Position numbers and translations under genes: made by a program
Shown: positions 13,022 through 26,061 of the stretch, one piece after another
How positions within the stretch are numbered: position 1 is the first letter of the stretch
Layout of the letters: every line of letters starts with the position of its first letter
The notes under the pieces: generated by a model
The model's input: only the letters and a program-made list of their open reading frames with translations
What the model was told of the DNA's origin: nothing
Database searches by the model: none
From: Octopus bimaculoides
Lineage: Eukaryota
Length of the DNA stretch: 64,000 nucleotides
Direction of reading: 5' to 3'
NCBI RefSeq assembly: GCF_001194135.2
Contig: NC_068987.1
Coordinates: 1,533,477 to 1,597,476, forward strand

Positions 13022-15704
13022 ATATATATATATATATATTCATACGCTCTCTGACAACAATAGGGAGGCGGAGTAGGTACGGCTGGAAGGGTTTGGCATA
13101 TAGTCCTATTCGATGAGAGCCTAACTTGGGGTTAAACAATCACCAACTCAACTGCTACATCCGCCACTCATCAGTAACACAAGCAACAACAATGAATGCA
13201 ACATACATCACCACCATCACCACCAGCACCACCTCTACTGGCATCAGAATTGTTATCAGTAACATAACCACCACCATCACCACCATCACCAGCAACAACA
13301 AATGTTACATCACAACGATGCCTCACGCCGCCATCACGTACAATCTTGCCGCCATTTCTGTCTCAGATGTTTCGACAATATTCAGAGACCAGATTCAAAG
13401 ATAACCATTTCAATATATTTCAAAATTAAAAATAAAAAATTAAACAAAAAGAAATCAAACTGTCTTCTTTTGATAGAATTTATATTTTACTGTAATTATT
13501 TCCTTAACTACTTCGCTTTGTTTTAATTATTATTTTTATAAATTTATTTCTTAAAAAGTTAATATATTCATTTTCAAAGGATCATTTATCAAAGAATTTT
13601 AAAGATCAGCGAGATTGTTAAGAGTTCCGTCTGAATTCTGTGCTGTTTGCAGAGTACTTCATTACTGTGTTAGCCCAAAATCTTGCAACTTTCATTAGAT
13701 TCTTCGTAGGCAGGAGCGATGGCCCCTGCATCGTTTATAAATATGTATCCGGGATTGATGTGAAGCTATTCATGGTAATTAACCAGACACTCTGGTCTTT
13801 ATCATCTTCCCATTCCGTTATTTATAGGTCCTAAGGATCCCTTTTTTTATAGTTCTATATTCAAGAGATCAGGAATTCATGAAAAACTCACGTGGACTGC
13901 CTAGGTTTCACACTTTCCTAAGTAGAAGCCAGCACTGATTATAGGGTGAATGTTAGAATGGTTGAAGAATAACCTTCAAAAATTCTTTATTCCATAATAG
14001 ACTGCATGGATAATCCCAAAGCCTTCCATCAGTTTTAATCCAGATACTTGTCAGTGTAGCTGATGCAAACAGAGACAAAAAAGGATCATTATTTACATTA
14101 TTTACATTTGACGGATATTTGTCTATGACTATCTGTGAGTGTATGTGGGTGTGCGTGCGTGTGAATTAGATTGAATTAACGGTGAATTGTACTATATTAG
14201 CATCATTTTCTTCTTGACTCATAGAGCAAGATGATGTGAAGAATGCTAGTTCCTCGTTATGTTTGGTTTGTCAATAGAGGCAGCATTGAGAGATGAGAGG
14301 GGAGGACTGGCAAACAGTATCCAAACTTGATTTGAGAGTGAGGTGAGAACCCTTTCACCTGTCGTCCACCCGAGAGATGCTACCGCCGAACAACAAAGTA
14401 ATTGCTCGACCTGAACAAATCTTACACATCACGGACACACGTTGAAACACATATAAAGTAAACACGCACATACACATACATACAACACATACACATAAAA
14501 ATACACCGACACACACACACAGCGACACACTTTCAGCATTTCTCTTTAATTACTAAAAATGTACAAAGCGTTAATAACGTGTCTTCGTGAATAATGTTTT
14601 TTTCTTCTTAAACTGAGTTCATTAATTGGACTGCGGCCATGTTGGGGCAGAAGTATCAAAGGCTCTCGGTCGATTGTATAGGAATATGTGTATGCTTGTA
14701 TAATTATCCGAATCTATATATGCTTATGCGTGAATCTATATTTGTATATATGTGTGAGCGTCTGTGCGTTACTGTATCAATGTGTCGAGAATATTCCATC
14801 GTATAAATGAGTAAAAATTTCAATTAACGTAAACTTTCAATTATTTTAGCGAGGAACTGGAATCACACAAAGCTACACACACTCATATGCACGCACACAC
14901 ACACAAGCACATACATCCACGTATACAGCTATACATGTCAACACACACCCATATATATCTGTATACGTTCTTACATACACCAGCGTATACACATATTTGC
15001 ATATCCATATATGAATACACATATAACCACATATATAAAGATATTCATAAGGAGACACATACATGCATACACACCTCCACACATACCCATACATACATAC
15101 GTTCATACCAGAACGCACATATACATTATATATATATATACACATACATACAAACATATATATAGAGAGAGAGAGTGGGGGGAGAGAGCAACACATCTGC
15201 ATATACATACACATATTACAACAACAGTTGAATTAAACTATAAATTAAAATAAGTCATTAAAACAACATAAATAAAACACAAAAGCAACAAGCAAAAATA
15301 TCCCGAAATAGATTTTAAAGAAAAAAAAAACCCACAAAAAAAAAACATAGGAAAAAGAAAAACACCGACAAAGAGAGAAAAACTTTGGGAGGCAAAAAAT
15401 CAAAAATGGTAAGTGGCGGCGGTATTGGCATTGATTTGGTCGTGGTTGAACTTTTAATGACTGTTCCTCACCTTGAAACATTTATTTTTCAGGATAAATT
15501 ACATCCTATAGATCTTTTTATCAATTGATTGTTTGGACGAAAATATTGAAACAAATCTGTCAGATTTAACAACAATAGCAATTGTCACCAAAAATGATCG
15601 ATTTGACGTTTTCTAAAACTTTAATCTTTGATTTTTCAACAAAATTGTAAATTTATTGTGTTGGTGCTTGTTGTGGCTTTAGTTTTATATGTTATTATTA
15701 TTGG

Positions 15705-15748
<44 letters not shown>

Positions 15749-16309
15749 GTATTAGAAGTGGTAGTAGTATTTTCTTATTCTTGTTGATGTGTCTATGTGT
15801 ATAACTGTGTTCGTCTCGCGTGTGTCTACGTGTCTGTTAGTATGTGTATGTGCGTGCGTATGTGTGAGTGTGTGTTATTTCTTTCTTATCTGATAGCCCC
15901 CCACTGTCTGATTGTTCTGATATTTATGCAGACACAACAAAGATCTCCATGCAAACCGACCAACACAAACACACACACATGCACACACACACACACGCAC
16001 ACACACATTCTCTTACAGTAAGGTAGATTAATTAAGCGCATACAACCACGCAGACACGTAGACTCAGACTCATACAGACTCACAGACTCACAGACTCTCA
16101 CAAATACATAGTTAACACTAGCACTGACATGTAGACGCAGCCGTCAATATTATACACTTTCTTTTATGAATTGATAAATGACTATATACACTTGCAATCA
16201 AATATGTGAACGCGCGTCTATTTAAATAAAAGACTGTGTCTATACGAATGTGTAAAAACGCATGATATATCTGTCTAGCCCTTCATATGCATATCAATAT
16301 ACGTGCGTA

Positions 16310-16360
<51 letters not shown>

Positions 16361-16659
16361 GCACATATACATACACCTATGCATACGCGGTATATTCAAA
16401 TATCGTATTCTCATTTAGACATATTGATATTTTCATAGTGATGATATATAAGTTGACAGATTCTGTCAAACTTGTCTGTTGATGTTGCTAATATTATTGT
16501 TGCTGTTGTTGTTGTTCTTCTTCTTCTCTTTCCTCCTCTCCTTGTTCTGCTGCTACTACTGCACCTATTGCCACCACCTTCGCTACTACTCTTCCCTCCA
16601 CTTCAGATTTTATTTTCTTAACCCGGAGAATATATTACTATTATTATTAATAATATTAA

Positions 16660-16866
16660 TCTTTTCTCCTATAGGCACAAAGCCTGCAATTTCGGGTGGT
16701 GGTAAATCGATTGCATCGACGCCAGCGTTCGACTGGTACTTATTTTATCGACCTCGAAGGATGAAACGCAAAGTCGGCCTCGGCGGAACTTGAACGCAGA
16801 GCCTAAAGACAGAGTAAATGCTGCAAAGCATTTTCTCGGGCGTGCTAAAGATTCTGTCAGCTCACG
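16660..16866 (-). mobile_element. tRNA-derived SINE, family B
   Basis: Contains GGTACTTATTTTATCGACCTCGAAGGATGAAACGCAAAGTCGGCCTCGGCGGAACTTGAAC, shared with 17859-18067 and other copies. Confidence 0.85.
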
Positions 16867-16908
16867 TGTATGATAATGATAATGATAATGATAGTGATAA
16901 TAAAGATG

Positions 16909-16940
<32 letters not shown>

Positions 16941-16942
<2 letters not shown>

Positions 16943-17175
16943 GGTGGTAGTAGTACCAATAGTTGTCGGGGCCCTGGGAACAGTAAGTAAAATCTTGAGA
17001 AGTACATGGAACAAATAGGGGCTGCAATACGGATGGATCACTTGCAAAAAACAGCACTGCTTGGAACCGTTCGAATACTCCGTCTGGTGCTCCAAAAGTA
17101 AAGATTGTTACCTTAGTTCACTGGTAGTGAACAGCTGACACCGCAGTACATTTCCAGCGATAGAAGCTGTGCAAA

Positions 17176-17177
<2 letters not shown>
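16941..17177 (+). mobile_element. 5'-truncated R4/Dong-like non-LTR retrotransposon 3' end (REL-endonuclease tail plus 3' UTR)
   Basis: Reads KVVVVPIVVGALGTVSK(frameshift)LEKYMEQIGAAIRMDHLQKTALLGTVRILRLVLQK*, the C-terminal motif pattern of R4/Dong-clade ORFs; flanked on both sides by (AAT)n. Confidence 0.8.
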
Positions 17178-17223
<46 letters not shown>

Positions 17224-17224
17224 T

Positions 17225-17470
17225 GATAAAGAAGGGATCTAAGAAGTATATTAAGCAACTCCCTGGTAACTGCAGTCTCCGTGAACTACAAAAGATAACC
17301 TTATGGGCACAGCCCATACTCTACGAAAGCACACTCCAGCTAAACTGGAATAAATGTGGTGATAGTTTTAGCATGCATGGCAAAGCAAAAGTGCCCTTGC
17401 TACTCTTGGCTTTCGGAGGATGTCCGGCACTAAGACAGCTGAAATAGCTATAATGAAAGGAAACCATAAA
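17225..17470 (+). mobile_element. Second, distinct R4/Dong-like 3' fragment
   Basis: IKKGSKKYIKQLPGNCSLRELQKITL(frameshift)MGTAHTLRK, paralogous to the preceding fragment's ...HLQKTALLGTVRILR; preceded by (AAT)n and followed by (TGA)n. Confidence 0.7.
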
Positions 17471-17581
17471 TGATGATGATATGTGTCTCTACGTTTAACC
17501 TTCTTTGACGCTTTGCCTTCAACCAAGCCTAGTATATGAACGCATCTATTCGCCTCTTACGTTAACTGTATTTTTATTTTT

Positions 17582-17632
<51 letters not shown>

Positions 17633-17684
17633 ATTCGATGTAACTCGTGAACAGAGAAACCAATGAACCAACCACCAACGTACA

Positions 17685-17858
17685 TCTTCTATTGGTTTCG
17701 AAATTTGGCACAAGGCCAGCAATTTAGAGGGAGAGAGGTTAATCGATTACATCAACCCAGTATTCATCTGGTACTTATTTTATTTACCCTGAAATGACGA
17801 ACGGTAAAACCGACTTCGGCGTAATTTGAATTCAGAAAATGAAGAGTAACGAAATAAT
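17685..17858 (-). mobile_element. SINE family B, 5'-truncated older copy
   Basis: GGCACAAGGCCAGCAATTT...CTGGTACTTATTTTATTTACCC...CGGCGTAATTTGAATTCAG. Confidence 0.75.
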
Positions 17859-18067
17859 CTTTTCTGCTCTAAGCACATGCCCGAAATTCTGAGGGAGAGG
17901 TCCAGTCGATTAGATTGATCGCAGTACGCAATTGGTACTTAATTTATCGACTCCGAAAGAATGAAAGGCAAAGTCGACCTCGGCGGAATTTGAACTCAGA
18001 ACGTAGCGGCAGACGAAATACCGCTAAATTTCGCCCGACGTGCAAACGTTTCTGCCAGCTCGCCGCC
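17859..18067 (-). mobile_element. SINE family B, near full-length, least diverged copy in the window
   Basis: Minus strand: GGCGGCGAGCTGGCAGAAACG (A box)...CTGAGTTCAAATTCCGCCGAGGTCGACTTTGCCTTTCATTCTTTCGGAGTCGATAAATTAAGTACC (B box plus conserved body). Confidence 0.92.
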
Positions 18068-19564
18068 TAATCTGCTGTTATTATTGAGAGATATTTCCTA
18101 AAATAATTCAAAATAATTCCATATACAATCTTCTATGAAATTCTACCTCATCACACAATCGCATAAAATTCTTCGCCACCGTAAATACATTTCCACACAG
18201 AATCATGTACCATTCAACAGGCCATGTAACATAATTCTGCGAAATCAGGATACATATAATTCACGAATACATACACATAATTCCACATAGTTTCGGTTTT
18301 ACTTATAGAGAGCCAGATATAATTCATTGACAGTTTGAATATTTTACCATACAAACTTGGGAATAATTACAGAAAAATTGGATATAATGGAAGCTAGAAT
18401 CGGTAAATATTCCATACCCAGAACACCCATATCCTGGAATAGACAATAGAAATTGATTTCAGTGTTTCATTAACAAAATTGTAGTTTTATTAGTGAATTA
18501 GTACATATAGAACGTAGAGGACTGCAGGCTAAATTCCATCTCGGGAATATCAATTTAATATACAAATATACACATATATACATGCGTGTACATGCGGGCG
18601 TATTTTTCTGTGTGCGTATGAAGGGGGGGATTAAGTGATTGAGAGGAAGTATGTGAACACCGTTTAAATATCATATTCAAGTATAGACAAATGTGTATGT
18701 GCGTGTGAATATATGTATGCGTGGGTGATTACCATGTTCGATTCTACAGTGTTTTCTGAAATAGTTTCGCGTTCCTAAATATTTTTGGAGTCAAATTTAT
18801 TTATGCAATCGGTGTTGTAGCCCATTTTATGTACTCATATATGTGTATGAGTTTGTGTATTTTTGTAAAATATATGAACGTCTGTTTTTTTTCGTTTTAC
18901 CTTCATTCTTTTAGTACAAGAATCGTTTATAATTTCGCTGTTAAAGCTGTTAGTATGGTAATTAAACCTCATGTTCCTTCTATGACCAGAAACTAAACAT
19001 CACTATGAATCTTTCTCGGTTACAGTATTCTTCGTCATGATATCCATTCCTTCGATAGCCATGTCGATTTTTCTTTCTGTAGTAAGTTCCCAAACGCTTA
19101 ATCCCCTTAACCTAATAAATGTCTTAAATTCCTTTTTATATTTTAGCACCTTATTTCCCTATATAACGACTAAAACCATACTAAACTAGCAATTTTAAAT
19201 ATAGGTTTGAAAAATGTAACTTCTCAGGTATATTTCATATTTATTTAGTTATTTCCTCAATTCCTAAAATCTATTGACGGTATAACCCACATAAGTTCCC
19301 TTAAAACTGCCATCTCTGCCCCATGTTTGAATTCACACAGTTTCACAATTTTCACAATTTCTGTACAATTCTTCTTGTTTGTCTTCTTTAAACTTTTAAC
19401 TATTTTTTTTTTTACTTGACGTTTATCCGTAAGCTTCTAACCTATGAATCACCAAGAATTATAAATTTCCCTTAAATAATTCTAAAAAGTTTCCCACAGC
19501 ATTTATCAGTCACAAACATCGTCATCAAACTCTAGACATTTCCGTCTCGAGTCTTAGGACTCAT

Positions 19565-19785
19565 CGGCCAGGTTACCTGGTTTCCAGCGCGTAGAAGTGA
19601 TCAAGATGACAATATTCCCCCTGGACGAGTCGCCAGTCTTTCGCAGAATGACTCGCGAACAGCTGATTGGATTGGAACAACGAGCAAGGAAGTGTCTTGG
19701 TCAATATCATAACCTACCGCCCCGTCCAGAAATCGAACCACAACACTGCGATTGTGAGGGAAACATTCTAAACACCACGCCAATC
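19565..19785 (-). mobile_element. tRNA-derived SINE, family C
   Basis: Minus strand: TGGCGTGGTGTTTAGAATG (A box)...GGTTCGATTTC (B box)...TTGACCAAGACACTT, resembling the CCTTGAGCAAGACACTT motif of conserved-domain metazoan SINEs. Confidence 0.7.
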
Positions 19786-20743
19786 ATTAACCACTCCCTC
19801 TTTCTTCGATATTAAACCAAACACCTTAATATAAACAAGTGGAACCTAACTAGTTTGTCATTTGAATGTTTTTATCTGTGGAGATTACAGACGACGCGAG
19901 AATTATCTTATCCCTTAATCAAACACAAAATTAATTAGAAATCTACTTACAGATATATTTCGGGGATCAACAAAAATGTAAGAGAATACCCAGTTACTTT
20001 TCAAGCTTTTTAACATAACAAGTCAACGTTTTATAGTGTCTGTAATTTGTAAAGCTAAATAATTTCATATAATTAACTGTACATTTATCTGCGTTATATA
20101 TATCTTAGATATTCTAATTTACGTTATATTCTATATAGATTTATACTTTTTAATCAACTACGTAGCTGACTGACACATGAAGTCAGTTAAAGTTATATCT
20201 TGATAAGTTGTGGTTATTCACAGTTATTTAAATTATAATCTGAGTAGCTGAAGAATTGCAGACAGTAATCCAGAAAACAGAACGCCAAAAAAAGAACATC
20301 CGGTTGTTTCCCGGTTAAGAAATGTAGAATGACTTCACGTCACCTAAACACGCCCAAAGGTTTTCAAATAACACTCTGAGATTCTCTGCATCATACTTCT
20401 TTCTCGTGAATGTATGTTATATATTCCTTTATACGTTTCAGAAGCACAGACAAGTACCTGCGCTCACAAATGCACACATACAATACAGACCAACACACAG
20501 GTGCACAGGAAACCAAACGTACACATTCATCTTTCGCTGCGGCGTAACTATACTAATAGCTCAAAGTCCATATGCTTCAGAGAAAAATTTTAGTCGAGTG
20601 CAGAGCTTAATGAGAAAGCAAATAAATGATAATTCCCTGTTCTTTTGTCATTTCTTTAATTTCATATGTATACATACGTATATACATACATATATATACA
20701 TAAAAAGATACATATATATACATACATACATGCACAGATATAT

Positions 20744-20842
<99 letters not shown>

Positions 20843-21343
20843 TGAGGATATTTGTACGTGTTTCAATTAACAGGCTACAGATTTTTAGTGAGAAGATTGG
20901 AGGTCATGTGACGTGTGTGAAATATATTCTGTGTGGCTGGTGACGTTCAACTAAAAATAATGTCTACCTCGAAGCATGGCAGCAGACATTGGAAAAAATT
21001 ACCGATTAGAAAGATAATTCATTTAGAAGAATTATGCAAATTAGAATAGTATTTTGAAAAAAAAATGTTTTCCCTGAACATAAAAATATAATGATTTTGG
21101 TATATTACTTTCAGTATATCTGTCATTGTTAATGCGTATGGCTATACATGTGTGTGTGTGTGTGTGTGCCCGCGTATACCTATCTACAAACGTGTATGTA
21201 TAAACATATATATATATATATATACATATACCCACGCATAAACACCCAAACACAAACACCGTATGTACAACCTGAAATGCTGACGCATAGGCACACGCTC
21301 ATACGTATGCATACATACACACATACATACATACATACATACA

Positions 21344-21379
<36 letters not shown>

Positions 21380-21489
21380 CGTATTTATGCATGTATGTGT
21401 GTATATATATATTATGTATATATATTATGTATATTATATATATCTATTATGTATATTATATATATATTATCCATATTATATATATATAT

Positions 21490-21521
<32 letters not shown>

Positions 21522-21541
21522 TATGTATTATTATTATTTTA

Positions 21542-21592
<51 letters not shown>

Positions 21593-22110
21593 GTTGCATC
21601 AGTTTGAAGAACAGGAGTTTTTGATGATTCAGTACTAATTATTTCCGTATGTTTCCTTTCTTTCCATTTCCAACTTGATATGAATACAAAGAAATGTGAG
21701 CTCTTCAAAAAGTTGTAAGTCACTTCTCAGAAAGCTTTTAATTAAGCTAATGAAATCATTAAAGGTTTCAGTCAGTCTACAAATATAAAGTTAATTGAAG
21801 TACATTCGTTGTTTAATTTTTGTTTTTGTTTTTTTTTCTCTCAACGAATGGAATATTTGCATTGTAGACAACAACGAGTGCGATCTTAGGCATGGAATAT
21901 TTGGTAGGGTACGAGGATTATCTAAAAGTGGAATCGCATCTAAAAGACAATGAATCTAAAAAGTTGGTAATCATATTATCTCAATATTTCCCCGATTATA
22001 TAAACTACACCTCAATGCTGTTCCCTAACGTCCAAAGTTGCATCTTCATGTTAATCGAATCCTAAAAGTTTTCTGTTAAGTGTGTGGTTATAGACGCGGG
22101 TGTGGCTTAT

Positions 22111-22279
22111 AAGTGCAGGCGTGGCTGTGTGGTAAGAAGCTTGCTTCCCAAACACAACGTTCCCGATTCAGTCCCACTGAGTAGTACTTTGGGAGAGTAT
22201 TCTCTACTGTAGCCCCTCGGGCCCATCAAAGCCTTGTGAGTCGATTTGGTAGATGGATATCGAAAGAAACCCGTCGAAG

Positions 22280-22347
<68 letters not shown>

Positions 22348-22555
22348 ATGTTTCTGCTTGTCTCCCAAACCCGCCTAATATCCGGTGTTCGTTTGTTTGC
22401 AAGCCCGTAACTTAGCGACTCGACAAAAAGAATCCATTGGAATAAGTACTAGGATAAAAAAAAATAAGACCTGCGGTTAATTTTTTTCAACTAAACCTAT
22501 CAAGGTAGTACTCCAGCAAGGCCGCAATCCAATAACTGAACCAAATAAAAGATAC
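22111..22555 (+). mobile_element. tRNA-derived SINE, family A, near full length with internal (TA)n expansion
   Basis: GTGCAGGCGTGGCTGTGTGGTAAGAAGC...CGATTCAGTCCCACTG...CCTTGTGAGTCGATTTGGTAGATGG...(TA)n...GTAACTTAGCGACTCGACAAAAAG...CTCCAGCAAGGCCGCA. Confidence 0.88.
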
Positions 22556-22564
22556 AAGATGAAA

Positions 22565-23520
22565 GTTTTCGAAATCTAGAGAAAGTGCTGTCTGCTGCAA
22601 TACTTGCACTATCTTGTTTATTCATTCCTGCATTTGGTCCCAGTCGCTGCTACACATAAATGTCCACGATCTGCTCAAAATCAGTTGGCATAGTCTTTTC
22701 CAAAATTTTCTTCAAATCTTTACTGCTCATGACAAACTTTATCTAATGAAATGGAACGTCTCTTGTTGCAGAAATGGAACCAGAAATCATGATATACACT
22801 CTTGGATCCATTCGCTCTCAGGACAATTCTGCTTCTGTATGACTTTGTGTTGCAATGAAATTTAATATCGATTAAGTCGACCATAAAATATTACGACTGT
22901 TGACGACCAAAACTTTAATGCATAACGAAACTAAACGAATATATGGGAGTTCATTGGGCGAATAGGACGCTTTGATTTGCTCTAAAACCATTCTAAAATT
23001 CCAGAAGGAGTCACTGTATCTTTGGTCGTGGTGATACCAAACTTCATGTGATATTAGTGTCGAACGTCGTTTGAAGTACCAACGATGGTTATTTACATAT
23101 TCTTCATCGATGAACGATGAATTTATCGATCTTGCATGTCAGCAGTTTATGACTGCTTGTTGAAAAATGTTTAAAACAGCTACAATTTCCGAATAGAAAT
23201 CTATATTTCTCAACACGGATATAACGTAAGAACGTCACAACATTGAAGTGTTCTGCTTGAGAACGCATCTCGTATGGACGCATAGAAAAGATGCTTCTTC
23301 AAGAGGAAACCGCAGTGTTCTAGTTTTCTTACAGTATATCCACGATCAGAGAGATATACAGATTGCTGTTCTAAACTAATACCGAATTTGTCGTTAATAA
23401 CGGGTTTTTCACTCCACTGAATATGTTCACGGTATGTTCATCAATGACTACATCCCATAATTCAGCAGCCATTGCCCAAATACGCGATTGTAGCAGATGC
23501 AGTTGGAACATTCTAGATCT
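22565..23520 (-). pseudogene. Decayed piggyBac-like transposase
   Basis: Minus-strand motifs in the expected order across frameshifts: VVIDE (~23440), KFGI (~23385), DRGYT (~23340), IKVLVVNSRNILW (~22890) and a Cys-rich C-terminus RGHLCVAATGTKCRNE*TR*CKYCSRQHF (~22590-22670). TIRs/TTAA were not identified. Confidence 0.6.
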
Positions 23521-23992
23521 TGTCTCTCATGGTAAAGGTTTTTGTATACCTGACTCATAAGATTTCAGATAAAAATAATCAATAGTTATTATCGGTTCTT
23601 AATAGTTTAGTTTATTGGTAGCTTGTAATACTGAATATTAAAATTCAAATATATGTTCCTAAATTAATGTTCAATTAAATGACGTTCATTTTTATGACTT
23701 TAATATCAATGTCATTAATTGTATAATATTAATTAAAATGTTTAAACTTGCATAATTCAAAAGTGCAAAAATTTAATATTTAAAAAAAAATTCATTTGTA
23801 GCTTCAATCATAAATAAATCAATAGACAAAATCATTAACAGTTAATTATCAATACATTCTGGTTGTGTGTGTATATACGTGTGGGTGTGCGAGTATCATA
23901 TTGTAAGTATAACTTGATAATTTTATTTGCATATGTGTACATACACACATATATGTACATTTCTTTGTATATATGCACATATATATATATAT

Positions 23993-24072
<80 letters not shown>

Positions 24073-24149
24073 GAACAAAAAGTTAAATTTTCATCATAGG
24101 GTGTCCAATGCTTTCGTATCCATGACAATACAAAGATAAATTTAATTTT

Positions 24150-24690
24150 TCAAGTCTCTTCTGCAACCACCAGTCATCCTTCCGAGTCTCAGCATTTCGT
24201 AACGCCCCTTGCCAGCCATGTGTGGCACCTCAAAGATCAAAGAACCCCACATAATATCAGGTGGGAGATCATAGAACATTCAGACTCATATATTAATGGG
24301 ATTGGCGATGCAACATCTGCATCGGAAACAGAACCAAAATTCTCAACAACTGTTCTGGGCCTGGCGCGTGCAAAAAACGTAAAAATGTTTTCTCAAAATG
24401 TCTTCATTTCAAGCACTACCTACTGGAAATTGGATCACCCAGTTTGCAGCTTAGGCTATTCTGAGGTCTTCAAGATTTTGATTATAGCTTCTATTTATCC
24501 TTTGGTCCTGGGGAGATAAGCTGTCCTTAACGTTTTTGTGGGTCAATCATTAGACCTCGTTTTCTGAGCATTTCCTCACGTCCGCGAGGTGAAAAGTTAT
24601 ATTGCCTTTGTATAGAGTCTGATGAGCTGTCAACAAGACTAGCTTTCACGAAACAATTGGTCACTCTATGAACAGAATTAAAGTTTTTGT
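24150..24690 (+). mobile_element. Penelope-like element 3' remnant: GIY-YIG endonuclease C-terminal part plus terminal repeat
   Basis: NHQSSFRVSAFRN(frameshift)LASHVWHLKDQRTPHNIRWEIIEHSDSYINGIG matches the Penelope GIY-YIG pattern H..SF...N.T.LS.H.W.LK......I.W.I; followed by a hammerhead motif. Confidence 0.8.
24611..24670 (+). ncRNA. Type-I minimal hammerhead ribozyme motif
   Basis: Stem I ATAGAGT (24612-18) / ACTCTAT (24663-69) is a perfect 7-bp match; CTGATGA at 24619-25; GAAA at 24650-53; C-AATTG-G loop III containing palindrome CAATTG; GTC cleavage triplet at 24660-62. Confidence 0.85.
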
Positions 24691-24754
24691 TTTAATATTT
24701 ATTGGTCTATTCTTTAGACTCTACTTCTTTTTCTGATAAATGTTGTATTGACAA

Positions 24755-24786
<32 letters not shown>

Positions 24787-24959
24787 AGGCACACCTAGTG
24801 TATTGCCTCACTATGTAGAGTCCTAGTTATAAGGTATACGGTAGTAGGTAATTTAAAGGTAAAACCGCGGTTTAATATATAGAGAAAATAAGAAATGACG
24901 CAATAATTAACATTTCCTATCTTCTCCCCCCCCTCTCTCTGTATTTNNNNNNNNNNTAT

Positions 24960-25150
24960 AGGCAGCGAGCTGGCAGAATCATTAGCACGCCGGGCGAAAT
25001 GCTTGGCGGCATTTTACTATTTCGTCACTCCTAACATCCTTAAGTTCAAATTCTACCGAGGTCGACTTGGACATTCATACTTTCGGGGTCAATAAACTAA
25101 GAGCGAGGTAAGCATCGGAGTTGATGTAATCCACTTAACTACTCTCGTTA
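24960..25150 (+). mobile_element. SINE family B
   Basis: GGCAGCGAGCTGGCAGAATCATTAGCACGCCGGGCGAAATGC...AAGTTCAAATTCTACCGAGGTCGAC...TTTCGGGGTCAATAAA. Confidence 0.88.
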
Positions 25151-26004
25151 GAATATTAAAGCTGTACCCCTCCGTCAAGCCATGTCGAGCCAGTGTGGAA
25201 GGGTAGGCGCATGAAAGGAGTATGACCTCAAACTGGAATTGACGGGCTCCACACCAGATTGTGGTTGGTGAACAGAACATAATGACGCCTTCGTGCTGCA
25301 ATGGACTGAACTTATGTAATCCAATCACTTCCAATCTGCTCCATATTATGTAAACTGATCCTTTCACGACACGTTACGGCACAAATAGTCTTCAAAAAAA
25401 TATGTAAATAGATGGTATATGAAGGAATATTGAGAAATAGCGTTTTGTGCTACATAGCTATGTTGTAGACAAGAAATTTTGTGTGTGTGTGTGTGTGTGT
25501 GTAACGAGAGAGAGAGAGAGAGAGAGAATATGTGTGACAGGGAGACAGAGTAACAGACAACCAGCGTCAGAGTTAAAAACCAAAGATACATTTTGTAGAA
25601 TTCATGCTTTAGTAAAGTAGAGAGAGAACCGACTTACTTTCCTGAATATTTGAGATTTTAGAATTTAATTATTTACTCTCCAAATTTATTTCACTTCTAT
25701 AGAAACTTCTTTTGATTTTTTTATCTTCTGGATATTTCATTCAAAAAATTCTCTCTCTTTTCCAGTAAATTTATATAAGTTATATATTTATAAATACGTG
25801 TGTGTGTGTGCTGGGTATTGTCTGTGTGTGCGCGCGTAAACATATATATATATATGNNNNNNNNNNNNNNNNNNNNNNNNNNNNNNNNNNNNNNNNNNNN
25901 NNNNNNNNNNNNNNNNNNNNNNNNNNNNNNNNNNNNNNNNNNNNNNNNNNNNNNNNNNNNNTGTGCATATATATTTATGCATATATATATATATGCATAT
26001 ATAC

Positions 26005-26061
<57 letters not shown>

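Noticed and set aside
12708-13076. ORF containing IIKQEP (SUMO-site-like) peptide
   Set aside because: Embedded in cryptic trinucleotide repeats and runs into (TATC)n; no domain or splice support.
21909-21930. TACGAGGATTATCTAAAAGT as a mariner-like TIR
   Set aside because: No matching opposite TIR or transposase sequence was found.
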